Below are positions 19,976 through 29,226 of a DNA stretch of 41,452 nucleotides, one piece after another (positions within the stretch are counted from its first letter, which is position 1; each line of letters begins with the position of its first letter). The notes under the pieces are model-generated. The model did no database searches. It saw nothing but the letters and a program-made list of their open reading frames with translations, and was not told the DNA's origin. This stretch comes from Candidatus Heimdallarchaeota archaeon (GTDB lineage: Archaea; Asgardarchaeota; Heimdallarchaeia; Heimdallarchaeales; Kariarchaeaceae): contig WAKA01000084.1 in NCBI GenBank assembly GCA_015523565.1, positions 1 to 41,452 on the forward strand, in the 5' to 3' direction. A program made the position numbers and the translations under genes.

Positions 19976-21661
19976 TCATAAAACCTCCATTATATCATTT
20001 ATGTCTTCAATTATGTTTTCTACCCCCAATTCCCGAAATTTCTTGTGTGAACTCCCTGTTGTTGCAACTCCTATTGGTTCCATACCTGCACGTCTTGCCG
20101 CTTGAATATCATTTGGTGTATCACCAAAATACTTGCCTGACTTCGCTTTCAATTCTTTCAATGCAAGAAAAATGCCTTGGGGGTCTGGTTTGTCATTTTC
20201 CACATCTTCCATGCAAATGACCGCATGAAACAAATCAATCGTCTTTTCTTTTTCAAGTGTCATGAAAGCTTCTGATTTTGGTCTTCCAGTTACAATTGCT
20301 AGCCTATACTCTTCATTAAGCATTTTTAGTAGGTCTTTGTCCATTATCCATTTTTCACGGACTGAAAAATTTGGGTTCTCCAAAAATGCTACCTGAAATC
20401 TCCTTTTGACCTCCTCAAAGGTAATCTCTGGATTTGTTTTTCTGATAAAATAATAGGTTACATTCCAGTCATTATTATACCCCTCAATTTGTTTTACCCT
20501 TTCAATATCGATGTTTGAAATAATTTTGCCAGTCATTTCCTTGACAACATATTTAATTGTTTCACGATATGAGGAGGTTACATCAACTAAGACCCCATCC
20601 ATATCAAAAAGAAGTGCAGGTTCTGCCATTATTTTGTCCAATGCATCCAAGAAGTGCATGGCTTGCCATTTAACCCCTACAGTAACTCTCGAATAATTTT
20701 TCACTTGATTTGACCTGTTCCGTATCAGTATTCCCGCCTTTGAAAGTTTCCTGACAACCCAATCATTGATTAAACCAAAATCAATCATCAAGAAATTCGC
20801 TTTTGACGGTGGAACAAAATAACCTCGATTGAGCATTTCTTTTCTTAACCATTCCCTTGTAACTTTTACATTCTTCACGTAACCTTCAATGAAACCCCTG
20901 TCCTCCAAGACCGCTTGAACTGCAATACAGGCAAGGTAATTGACGGCATAGGGTGATGTAACCTTTCTCAAAAAATTTGCATTTTCCGCATTTGTGGCAA
21001 TGAATCCCACTCTCAATCCAGCCAATCCATATGCCTTTGAAAAGGTGCGTAGAACAACCAAATTTTTAATTTCCCCAATCAATGGGATGGCACTTTCAGA
21101 ACCAAATTCCCCATATGCCTCGTCTATCACAAATAGTGTCTTTAAATTCTCTCTGGCAACCTTCTCTAAAAATTGCCTTTTATCATCAATTTCTGTTCCT
21201 GTTGGGTTGTTGGGATCGGCTATCAAAACCAATTTTGGCTTTTCCTTCTTTATAACTTCCAATATTTCTTTCCTTGGAAAGGAAAAGTCCTCGTTGTATG
21301 GTACTCTCAAAATTCTAGAATTTGCAATACGCAAATAAAATTCATACATTGAAAAAGAGGGAGTTAAAATGAGTGCCTTTTCATTCACGCTCATATAGCT
21401 TTCAATCACTAATTTCAACCCCTCATCAATTCCCGCAGTAAGGACAACATTTGCAGGAGATATTCCAAAACTTTCAGAAATTTTGTCTATTGTAGTTTTA
21501 TAGCTGGGATATATTGAAATATCCTCTGGTTTAACTGACTGAATTGCATGCAAAACCTTTGGTGAAACCCCAATAAGATTTTCATTGAAGTCAAGACGAA
21601 GTTTTCCTCGTCTATTTTCCAAAGGGGGTTCGTAACTCATTGGATTTAACTGTGCCTTCAT
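19976..21661 (-). CDS. hisC: Histidinol-phosphate aminotransferase fused to a HAD phosphatase (probable histidinol-phosphate phosphatase)
   Basis: LDFNEN, PNNPTG, DEAY, RTFSKAYGLAGLRVG; then FDMDGVL, VTGRP, KPDP, GDTPND. Confidence 0.92.
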   Translation of the reverse strand: MKAQLNPMSYEPPLENRRGKLRLDFNENLIGVSPKVLHAIQSVKPEDISIYPSYKTTIDKISESFGISPANVVLTAGIDEGLKLVIESYMSVNEKALILTPSFSMYEFYLRIANSRILRVPYNEDFSFPRKEILEVIKKEKPKLVLIADPNNPTGTEIDDKRQFLEKVARENLKTLFVIDEAYGEFGSESAIPLIGEIKNLVVLRTFSKAYGLAGLRVGFIATNAENANFLRKVTSPYAVNYLACIAVQAVLEDRGFIEGYVKNVKVTREWLRKEMLNRGYFVPPSKANFLMIDFGLINDWVVRKLSKAGILIRNRSNQVKNYSRVTVGVKWQAMHFLDALDKIMAEPALLFDMDGVLVDVTSSYRETIKYVVKEMTGKIISNIDIERVKQIEGYNNDWNVTYYFIRKTNPEITFEEVKRRFQVAFLENPNFSVREKWIMDKDLLKMLNEEYRLAIVTGRPKSEAFMTLEKEKTIDLFHAVICMEDVENDKPDPQGIFLALKELKAKSGKYFGDTPNDIQAARRAGMEPIGVATTGSSHKKFRELGVENIIEDINDIMEVL

Positions 21662-22641
21662 CAGTTCGCCTCTCCCAAGTTCTTTAAAAGTTGCTTGAAT
21701 TGAATTGGTTCTTCCTCAAAAATATATAATGTCGGTGCAACAACCACTCCAGAACCTCCAATTTTTCTCAAGTCATCAATGGTTTTCATTAATTTCACCT
21801 TGGAAACAATTATGTGAATGGCAAACCATTCTCCATCCATCCTTGTTTTAACACTTGATACTGTAGGTCCTTGCAACCCATTCATGCCATTTCCTTCAAA
21901 TAATTTTGGAACAATCTTTTCAGGGTTCCCTCTCATGTTTGCAAATACAGAAACAAAATCCTTGGCACGAATTGTTGCCTCAAATATCTCCAATAACTGC
22001 TTTGCCATCTGAAGAGCCTTTGTATCTTGTTTAAGATTGCTTTTGTTACCAATAAAACATGCTTCTGACTTAAGAATACAGCCCCCCTCTATTCTTTTTA
22101 AACGATTGTCCTTGAGTGTCTGTCCTGTGGAAACCAAATCGACAATGAACTCGGAATTTCCTAGTGCAGGAGATACTTCCAAAGTTCCAGCTCCCTTAAC
22201 AAACTCAAACGGGATGCCCCATTTTTTCAAAAAATTTCCTGTTAGTTTTGGGAACTTTGACGCAACTCTGAAATATCCATTCCTTTTCTTCCCCTTTTCT
22301 TTCAATTCCTCAATTCTATTTACATCCCATGTTTCAGGAACTGCAACTTCCAATGTGCATCTTCCAAAACCTAGTGCATCATGGATAATCAATACATTTC
22401 CCCTGTTTTCAACCAATTCATTCACAAGGTCCGCCCCTGCAATCCCGAACGTAAGGAGACCCGTCTCAATTCCACGGACGATGTCCTCCTGTCTTTGAAA
22501 TACAACCTGTAGTTCTGGGATCCCCTCAATTTCAGCAAAGTATTGCCTTCCCTTTCGGCGGACATTCAATCCACATCTTGACAAAAATTCAATTGTCTCA
22601 GTTTCCATTCTTCCTTTACTTGGTATGCCTAACCGTATCAA
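21661..22641 (-). CDS. hisG: ATP phosphoribosyltransferase, long form
   Basis: Likely TTG start 22641 after GGTGA. PSKGRM, FQRQEDI, DLVSTGQTL, ANMRG, GLQGPTVS C-terminal regulatory domain. Confidence 0.95.
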   Translation of the reverse strand: MIRLGIPSKGRMETETIEFLSRCGLNVRRKGRQYFAEIEGIPELQVVFQRQEDIVRGIETGLLTFGIAGADLVNELVENRGNVLIIHDALGFGRCTLEVAVPETWDVNRIEELKEKGKKRNGYFRVASKFPKLTGNFLKKWGIPFEFVKGAGTLEVSPALGNSEFIVDLVSTGQTLKDNRLKRIEGGCILKSEACFIGNKSNLKQDTKALQMAKQLLEIFEATIRAKDFVSVFANMRGNPEKIVPKLFEGNGMNGLQGPTVSSVKTRMDGEWFAIHIIVSKVKLMKTIDDLRKIGGSGVVVAPTLYIFEEEPIQFKQLLKNLGEAN

Positions 22642-22705
22642 AAAATCACCTAGAAAAAATTTAGAACCTTTTATCTTCAAAATTTTATTTGAAAAAATTT
22701 TCTCA

Positions 22706-22843
22706 TCAAGAGGTGTGAACATAACCACCTAGCATATTCGCACCTCCTGAAAAAAACCTCGGACTAAATTGGCAATGATCACTTGAAAATTAATCATGAT
22801 GAAGGTAATCACTGCTCATTCTTTCTTAGCCTCTGAATACCTT
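22706..22843 (-). promoter_or_regulatory. Candidate structured his leader (mini-ORF MSSDYLHHD plus alternative stems and a long hairpin)
   Basis: Mini-ORF 22819-22790. Stem 22815-22805/22782-22772 (11 bp, 2 G.U). Alternative stem 22843-22834/22811-22802. Hairpin 22750-22706. Confidence 0.45.
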
Positions 22844-22970
22844 GACATTTTCTTCATTCAAAAATGTAATGATCCATCTCTGGGGTTTTCTCCCTATATT
22901 TTCCCATTCAATTTCAAATCTTTTTGGCTGTCAACCATTTATTTAATAATTGGATTTGCCTGTCTAATTT

Positions 22971-24173
22971 GTGAGCCAAATTCAACAGAGACGCAGTCCT
23001 AGATGGATGTATTTTCTTATTCAAATGAGTTTTTCATTTTCTCAGAATCTTGCCTATCAATACATTCCCCTGTTCAATAAAAAACTTGGTGCTGATGAGA
23101 TAGAGATGGGATTGATGACTGCTGTTCAAAACGTTTTTTCAACCGCTTTCAGCCCTTTTTGGGGAAAAATCTCTGATAAGCATGGACGTAAAATGTTTCT
23201 CCTGCTTGGTTCATTCATTGCCACCACCAGTGCTTTTACCCTTGCCACTGCAAAATCCCCTACCCATGTCCTCATTTCCATTGCCATTAACTCATTTGGT
23301 CTGTCAATGCTGGTTCCGGCTTGGCAAGGTGCACTTGCTGATTATACGGAAGGCCTGAAAAGAGGGGGGTTTATGGGAAAGTTATCTGGTGTTTCTTATT
23401 TTTATGTGACATCAGCATTGATCCTTTATTCTGTGATTGCCCCCCACTTACCTCTAAACGAAATACAGCAATATCGGGTTGTCATGCTCACTTCCGCTAT
23501 AAATTTTCTCATTATGGTCTTACTCTCTTGGATACTAATAGACCTAAAAGATCCAAACGGAAGTGATAATCATTATACACTTCTTGATCCCATAAAGGAT
23601 CCTGTGTATCGGAGATTCCTGATTGTTGTCCTGTTTTGGTGGTTCTGGATGAGCCTTGCTTGGAGTTATTTCCCAACTGTCATTTCTGAAGTCATAGATG
23701 CTAATGTCTCTGAAGTTGCATGGATTGCAATAACTGGTACAATTGTCCAAGCTTTCGCCTCTTACAAAATGGGTTCCTTAATTGACAGGATCGGTGAACG
23801 CAAATCAATTTTCTTTGGATTCCTGACATTCACAATAGTCCCCCTCAATTTTGCTTTTGCTACAAAATGGTGGCACCTCATTCCTGCCCAAATCATTGCA
23901 GGCATTGGCATCGGTTTCGGATTCACAGCCCTTCAAACATATATCCTAGAAATAGCAGGGTCTGAAAAAGCTGGAAATTACCAAGGTACATATAATTTAC
24001 TTTGGGGCATTGTTACCTTTGTTGGATCATATTTCGGGGGATGGTTCCTACAATGGCTGAAAAACCAATTAGGGTCGCTTCCTCGGGCTTTAACCATCTC
24101 TCTCCTTATTGTTACCGCTTTTAGGTTCTTCTCCAATTTTATAATGTATTTCTTCCTACCAGACCCAAAATAA
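22971..24173 (+). CDS. Major facilitator superfamily transporter
   Basis: About 12 hydrophobic segments; motif A GKISDKHGRK and its repeat GSLIDRIGER. Confidence 0.92.
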   Translation: MSQIQQRRSPRWMYFLIQMSFSFSQNLAYQYIPLFNKKLGADEIEMGLMTAVQNVFSTAFSPFWGKISDKHGRKMFLLLGSFIATTSAFTLATAKSPTHVLISIAINSFGLSMLVPAWQGALADYTEGLKRGGFMGKLSGVSYFYVTSALILYSVIAPHLPLNEIQQYRVVMLTSAINFLIMVLLSWILIDLKDPNGSDNHYTLLDPIKDPVYRRFLIVVLFWWFWMSLAWSYFPTVISEVIDANVSEVAWIAITGTIVQAFASYKMGSLIDRIGERKSIFFGFLTFTIVPLNFAFATKWWHLIPAQIIAGIGIGFGFTALQTYILEIAGSEKAGNYQGTYNLLWGIVTFVGSYFGGWFLQWLKNQLGSLPRALTISLLIVTAFRFFSNFIMYFFLPDPK

Positions 24174-24179
24174 AATCAT

Positions 24180-25019
24180 TTATTTCTTGTCCTTTAATTC
24201 TTTAAGTCGGGCTTCCATTTCCATTCTCTTTTTCTTTTCCTCTTCTGCCTTTTTCTGTGCTTCTTCTGCTCTCTTCTGTGCTTCTTCTGCTCTCTTCTGT
24301 GCTTCTTCTGCTCTCTTCTGTGCTTCCTCAGCTTGAATGGTCATTTTCTCCCTTCGTGTCAATAATCTTTTCCCAGTTTTCCGATCCACAAGAACCATAT
24401 AGTAAAGTGGTGTAATTTCATCTTTCAGATACTTTTCCTTTCTTTTCATCAATCCTAATTTGAATGGAAGAAGATCTGGTCTGATGTCGATTAATTTTTC
24501 ATGGTCAATCGGTTGACCTTCCATGCAACAGATCTCACTTGTTTCTATTGTTCGATATTGTCCCCCCTCAAGATAATGAACCTTTAGTAAAGGAGCTTTT
24601 ACATAACTTGGTTTCTGAAGATGATCACTTAATATTACATAAACAGGTATGCGAAGCCTTTGGCATTGTTGCAATACAACTCCAAGATCATTCCTGAATG
24701 TGGAGGATGAAAGAACATTTACTGCCATTGTTGGAACTTGATTTCCATATTTACTTGCATCATATGATGAAACGCGAAATGGAATGTTTAAATTCAGAAA
24801 AAAACTAATGTCAAATTGGAGATCAAGCTTTTCACCATACAACCAAAAATAATGGTGAAGGTCCCAAAATGTTCTATGTTCTGGGAAATTCGTTGACAGT
24901 ACCTCATAGAGGTATGTGATCTCATCTGAATGCGGTTCACTTTCCCTACGACCTAAACGTGGTTTTGGGCGTTCGGATTCTTCACTTGCAAACTGATGTC
25001 TCGTTGTTCGGATTACCAT
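24180..25019 (-). CDS. Uma2/DUF820-like PD-(D/E)XK-fold protein with coiled-coil repeat tail
   Basis: ESEPHS, FDISFF, PTMAVNVLSSSTFRND, L.IP.Y; tail (AEEAQKR)n. Confidence 0.65.
   Translation of the reverse strand: MVIRTTRHQFASEESERPKPRLGRRESEPHSDEITYLYEVLSTNFPEHRTFWDLHHYFWLYGEKLDLQFDISFFLNLNIPFRVSSYDASKYGNQVPTMAVNVLSSSTFRNDLGVVLQQCQRLRIPVYVILSDHLQKPSYVKAPLLKVHYLEGGQYRTIETSEICCMEGQPIDHEKLIDIRPDLLPFKLGLMKRKEKYLKDEITPLYYMVLVDRKTGKRLLTRREKMTIQAEEAQKRAEEAQKRAEEAQKRAEEAQKKAEEEKKKRMEMEARLKELKDKK
24241..24332 (-). repeat. 21-bp tandem repeat (3 perfect + 2 partial copies) encoding AEEAQKR heptads
   Basis: TTCTGTGCTTCTTCTGCTCTC at 24253, 24274 and 24295 on the + strand, with degenerate flanking copies. 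Confidence 0.95.
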
Positions 25020-25233
25020 TAACTATTCATTCCCAAAGAACCCTAAAAACATTTTGCAATCCGAAATTATGAATCTTTATTAATAAACTGATACGCACAG
25101 AATGACAAAATTATCCGATATTCATAAAAAGTTTCTTCAATTTCTTTATCTTTGATGGAACCGCTGGAATTCTTTCTGGCTTCTTCTAATCATATTCATC
25201 AAAAGCTATGAAACACAAAACCTTGACATACCA

Positions 25234-26031
25234 ATGGTCATAATTGCAACTTTCCTAGCAACAATTTCCTTCTTCCTGTCCTTGATAACCTTTGTCGAAC
25301 CAGTAATCGTTGTGCTCAGTAATTTAACCAATGGACTCTTTAGCATCCTAATAAACCTGCTCATCCCCGTCTATTATATCTATACCATGACTATTGTGCT
25401 CCTCTCAATCCAACAAATTAAAAAACAAAGCTCTCCTTTGCAAAGACAATATCTCCGATATTTACAAGCATTCACTATAACACTTTTCGGTGGTGTGACT
25501 GCAATTGTTTCCTTGACCTTCATCTTATTTTCCAAAGAAAACCAATTGCCACATACTGACATTGTCTATATTTGGGTCAACATATTACCAAAAATCGCAT
25601 TCCTTGTTGGATTCTGGTTTTTTTATAAGGCTTTTCTCCAACCCCAGTCACCAGCAGTCTTTCAACCTCAACGAATTGAAAAGATACTTATTATCTCAAG
25701 CGAAGGACTGCCGCTGTTTGATCTGAATACAACTAAAAAAGATCAAATTTCAGATACCCTTTTGTCAGGTGCAATCACCGCAATCAAAGCTGTCCTAAGC
25801 GAAGCAACCCAGATAACAGGTGATCTTAGGTCAATCAGCATAGGTGAACATACCCTTATGTTCAAAACCAATTCGGAAATCACCATCATTCTTTTCACTA
25901 AGGAACCAACAAGCTATATTGGGGAAACACTCCCCTTGATCCTTGAAAAAGTGGCATCCATGGATCTTGAACAAACTTCTGAAATTGAGGAAATCATACA
26001 ATCAATCATACTGAGATTGAATCCTGCTTGA
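25234..26031 (+). CDS. Multi-TM protein with C-terminal longin/roadblock-like domain; probably 5'-truncated
   Basis: About 4 TM segments, then ILIISSEGLPLF...DTLLSGAITAIKAVLSE...LRSISIGEHTLMF. An in-frame upstream ATG at 25102 is cut off by TGA at 25153. Confidence 0.65.
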   Translation: MVIIATFLATISFFLSLITFVEPVIVVLSNLTNGLFSILINLLIPVYYIYTMTIVLLSIQQIKKQSSPLQRQYLRYLQAFTITLFGGVTAIVSLTFILFSKENQLPHTDIVYIWVNILPKIAFLVGFWFFYKAFLQPQSPAVFQPQRIEKILIISSEGLPLFDLNTTKKDQISDTLLSGAITAIKAVLSEATQITGDLRSISIGEHTLMFKTNSEITIILFTKEPTSYIGETLPLILEKVASMDLEQTSEIEEIIQSIILRLNPA

Positions 26032-26234
26032 TGTCCCTAAAAATTACTCGATTGACCGCTCTGAAAGAAATTTGATAAAAAGAACAATAAGAACAAATTA
26101 TTTCCATCAAATGCGGTTTTGAATGGGATTCTCTTTAGTCGCTTTAACATCAGTTGTGCTTGGAAGATTCTTTTTCGAAAAATTTATGGAGATCAATACT
26201 GATGATCAATTAATTCCACTTGGGGGATCAAATT

Positions 26235-26471
26235 ATGCCTTCTGTCAACAAAAATATTAAAACAAAATTATGGTCAAACAAAAGAATTTTGGCTGATTCA
26301 ATCGCTTTGATTATTGTTTCAATAGCTTTGATCATCCTTTTGAAATTTCCGAACTTGGAATTTTCATATAAGGTTTCCATATATGTGACCATAATTCTTG
26401 CAGCAATCCTTCCTCTCATGATCCCATACCAAAAAGCAAAAATATCTACAGATAGTGCAGAAAATCAATAA
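26235..26471 (+). CDS. Small two-TM hypothetical membrane protein
   Basis: Two hydrophobic segments; ATG at 26235 preceded by GGGGGA. Confidence 0.55.
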   Translation: MPSVNKNIKTKLWSNKRILADSIALIIVSIALIILLKFPNLEFSYKVSIYVTIILAAILPLMIPYQKAKISTDSAENQ

Positions 26472-26723
26472 TTCAATGCGTTATGTTGACTGAATCAAAT
26501 AATTCAATTGTTATTTTTATTATAGATAAGGACGAAATTCTCTCCTCATGTCGTCTGAATCCAACGGATTTTAGTAACTGAATTGGATTTATCTAAAAAC
26601 AGACTACTAACCGTTTATTTATGCATCAATTTGTATTGCTGAACTCACAAAATTCAGAAATTAAAACCCCCCCGATTATCTTCTGAATATTCTTACTCTA
26701 ATCTGCTGAAAACACCTGTTTAA

Positions 26724-27380
26724 CTACTTTGAAAGAAATTTAATGAAAAGAACGACAAGTGCAAAAATGACAACTATTATAAGAATCACAGATATTGGAG
26801 AAGAAGATTCTTTCTTGTCATTTTTGAAATAATCCTCTGGATATATTCCTATACTTCCTGTAAATGTAAAGTTTGCTGTGTCTGTGACTTTATTGAGATA
26901 GAACCCCTCATCACAGTAGATCTGCTCGTTGTTTACGCATGGGATTTGTTCAGCTATATCATCTGGAAAATACAATGACATCAATGGGATAATGGTTTCT
27001 GTATTGTTTCGAAACATATGGAATTCCAATGTTGATTTCAATGGTGGAAGACCGTAATAGTTCAGTTTGAATGTGTAAATCATTGTTATCCCTAATTTGT
27101 ATGCATCCAAACTTGAATTTTTGTTTCCAACAACAAAGGTGGTGTTGATTCCTTTGCTGTCAAATTCCTCAAGCCGTGTGCCATTTTGAAATGAGGCTTC
27201 ATAGAGAATATATCCGAAAATTGTATCATTGATTTCAAGCCCTAACTTTGAGTTTGGTAAAATAATTGGATGGAAAAAACCAAACCCCAAAGATACATCA
27301 TATGATTTTGCTGAAACTTGTGGAATTAATGAGACCACGCAGAGCAAAATTAATATGGCGGATGTAAAATATTGTTTCAT
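26724..27380 (-). CDS. Secreted, C-terminally anchored hypothetical surface protein
   Basis: Signal MKQYFTSAILILLCVVSLIPQVSA; N-x-T sequons; C-terminal SSPISVILIIVVIFALVVLFIK. Confidence 0.75.
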   Translation of the reverse strand: MKQYFTSAILILLCVVSLIPQVSAKSYDVSLGFGFFHPIILPNSKLGLEINDTIFGYILYEASFQNGTRLEEFDSKGINTTFVVGNKNSSLDAYKLGITMIYTFKLNYYGLPPLKSTLEFHMFRNNTETIIPLMSLYFPDDIAEQIPCVNNEQIYCDEGFYLNKVTDTANFTFTGSIGIYPEDYFKNDKKESSSPISVILIIVVIFALVVLFIKFLSK

Positions 27381-27390
27381 AATCTTTCGA

Positions 27391-27410
27391 ATATATATAT
27401 ATATATATAT
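27391..27410. repeat. (AT)10 dinucleotide microsatellite
   Basis: atatatatatatatatatat between divergent ATGs at 27380(-) and 27409(+). Confidence 0.95.
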
Positions 27411-27916
27411 GAATTTCCCGATAAATCATGCTTTCAATCAGGAAAATTACCACATTTCTAATTATTTCGAGTTTATTTATCGGGTGGGGTTATTTAATGT
27501 AAATTCCTATCCCTCTGAAGTCCTATCCCTCTGAAGATCGGGCAAATAAATTTGATATTTTAAAGAGATCTACTATTGGGTTATGTATTGATGCAGGGTA
27601 TGACATCATAGACAATCAAATTCTTGAAGTGAGGAATAATGTGGAAATGAAATTTATTTTTGTTTGCAGTAATGGTAATACCTATGAACAGGTGTACACT
27701 GACACATCGGACATCAACCTTCCTGGTGGTGAATTTATAAGAGATGATACTGCTGGAAGACTTGTATACCTTTGGGAATATAGATCCACCACAACTGGTA
27801 GAATCATGGACTTGGAATTTCATCTCTATCCTGTTGTGCTTACAGGCATCCCCCTTCCTGGAGGCTCCACCTGTACATTATGGGAAATTTTCGGCAAAGT
27901 TGTTACTATTTGTTGA
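27409..27916 (+). pseudogene. Hypothetical gene frameshifted by a 16-bp tandem duplication (163 aa if one copy is removed)
   Basis: MNFPINH...NSYPSE stops at 27534. Removing one TCCTATCCCTCTGAAG joins it to DRANKFDIL...MKFIFVC...VVTIC. Confidence 0.5.
27505..27536 (+). repeat. Perfect 16-bp tandem duplication TCCTATCCCTCTGAAG x2
   Basis: Directly visible at 27505-27520 and 27521-27536. Confidence 0.97.
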
Positions 27917-27959
27917 CATAGGTCTATATTGCAGTATCCTCTGAAAATTTAATCCAACG

Positions 27960-29226
27960 GAACTAATTGTACTTTCAATTGGAATTTTTTCATTTCTTTG
28001 ACAAGAGAACATCCCATTGTGAAAACAAAGAATTAAATCGCCTACTCTTGATCTTGAAACAGCATTTTGTACTCAATTCCTTCTGTTGCCCCGACGATAT
28101 TACAACTATTAACTTTCCATCTTCCGAAAACCATGTTTCGGTCAATTAGAACGTGACTTGCTTTTTCAAACGGGAGGATCACAAGTTCCTCGCCCCTGAA
28201 AAACGCCTTTAGAAACCCCAACCTTACAAAAGCAAAGATGCCTGCAAATCCTGGCACAATCTCTGGATTTTCTATAACAAACTTAAATGAAACATTGAAG
28301 TCAGGAATATTGATGTGAAAAACATGATTCATCCATCTTACTAATGTTTCTCATATTCTAATCAAGGGTGTACCAAAATCATAGAATTTTTCCTTCAAAA
28401 AAATCAGATAAACGGCAATCCCCGCAAACAATGAGCCACGTGTAGGTCTCATCTCATCCTTGCAATTGCCTTTATTGGTTCTGTTACATACCGATACAGG
28501 ATGCGACCAAGGATTGTCAGCTTGTTTGTAGATCTGACAAATGCATCGAGTGGACGGAATATGGTCGGTGAAAATTCAAAAAGCAGAAATTTGCGTCTTC
28601 TCAAGACAAGTTTCTGATCCGTGAAAAAGTAATCCCCTGATCTGTTGAAATTTGAATTGATTTTTCAATGATTCCGTGCCACAAGTAATTTCCCCGTACC
28701 TAAAATTGGTTCTTCATCCTCAAATCTGTTGACCGTCAAATGCTTCCGTTTTCACTTCTCCAATTTCTTCGGTTCCACAAGTGCTTTTTTCAAATCCTCT
28801 TCAGTTATCTCCTCAATCTTTTTTCCAACTTGTTGCAATAATGGGGTCTCTGATTTCAATCTACGTATTGATAATCTGTACCTTTTTTTTGGGGTCTTTG
28901 CTAAAAAGATTCCTAATCTTGAATTTTGTTGATCCAAACGGATTCAATACCTCCTTATTAGTTCAATTGAAAATTATCATTGGATGTTTCTTTTTCCTTT
29001 CATACAATTCATCCCAAAATTCAAGAAAAGCCTTCTCAAGGAAGTCATGCATCTTTTCATGGCATTGATGATGAGAAACTGATAAGCAGTTTTCAATTTT
29101 CCCGTTCCTTCAATTTTGAATTTTTTCTGTTGACCATTCGCTTTCAAGGGTCTCCTTGAACCTTGTCGCATCCATCGTGCCCTCCGCAAATTTAATTACT
29201 ATTCGCGCGTCAATAATGTCCAATTA
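27960..29226 (-). pseudogene. Degraded, 5'-truncated paralog of the 29765-31141 gene
   Basis: Fragments in several frames match the intact paralog (WTLLT..VIKF; KIEGTGKLK; PKKRYRLSIR; ENPEIVPGFAGIFAFVR; DRNMVFGRWKVN; GIEYKMLFQDQE*), with multiple stops and frameshifts. Confidence 0.92.

Noticed and set aside
22642-22728. N-terminal extension of hisG in the ORF track
   Set aside because: Family similarity starts at IRLGIPSKGR and a GGTGA SD precedes TTG 22641; the extension lies in the leader.
22720-22735. UAGGUGGU as a T-box antiterminator
   Set aside because: Lacks the ACC of UGGNACC, and no convincing stem I or specifier loop was seen.
24241-24332. Tandem repeats as a CRISPR array
   Set aside because: No spacers; in-frame coding repeats; no cas genes.
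25102-25233. In-frame TGA (25153) as selenocysteine or readthrough
   Set aside because: No redox motif context or recognisable SECIS; a decayed 5' end is simpler.
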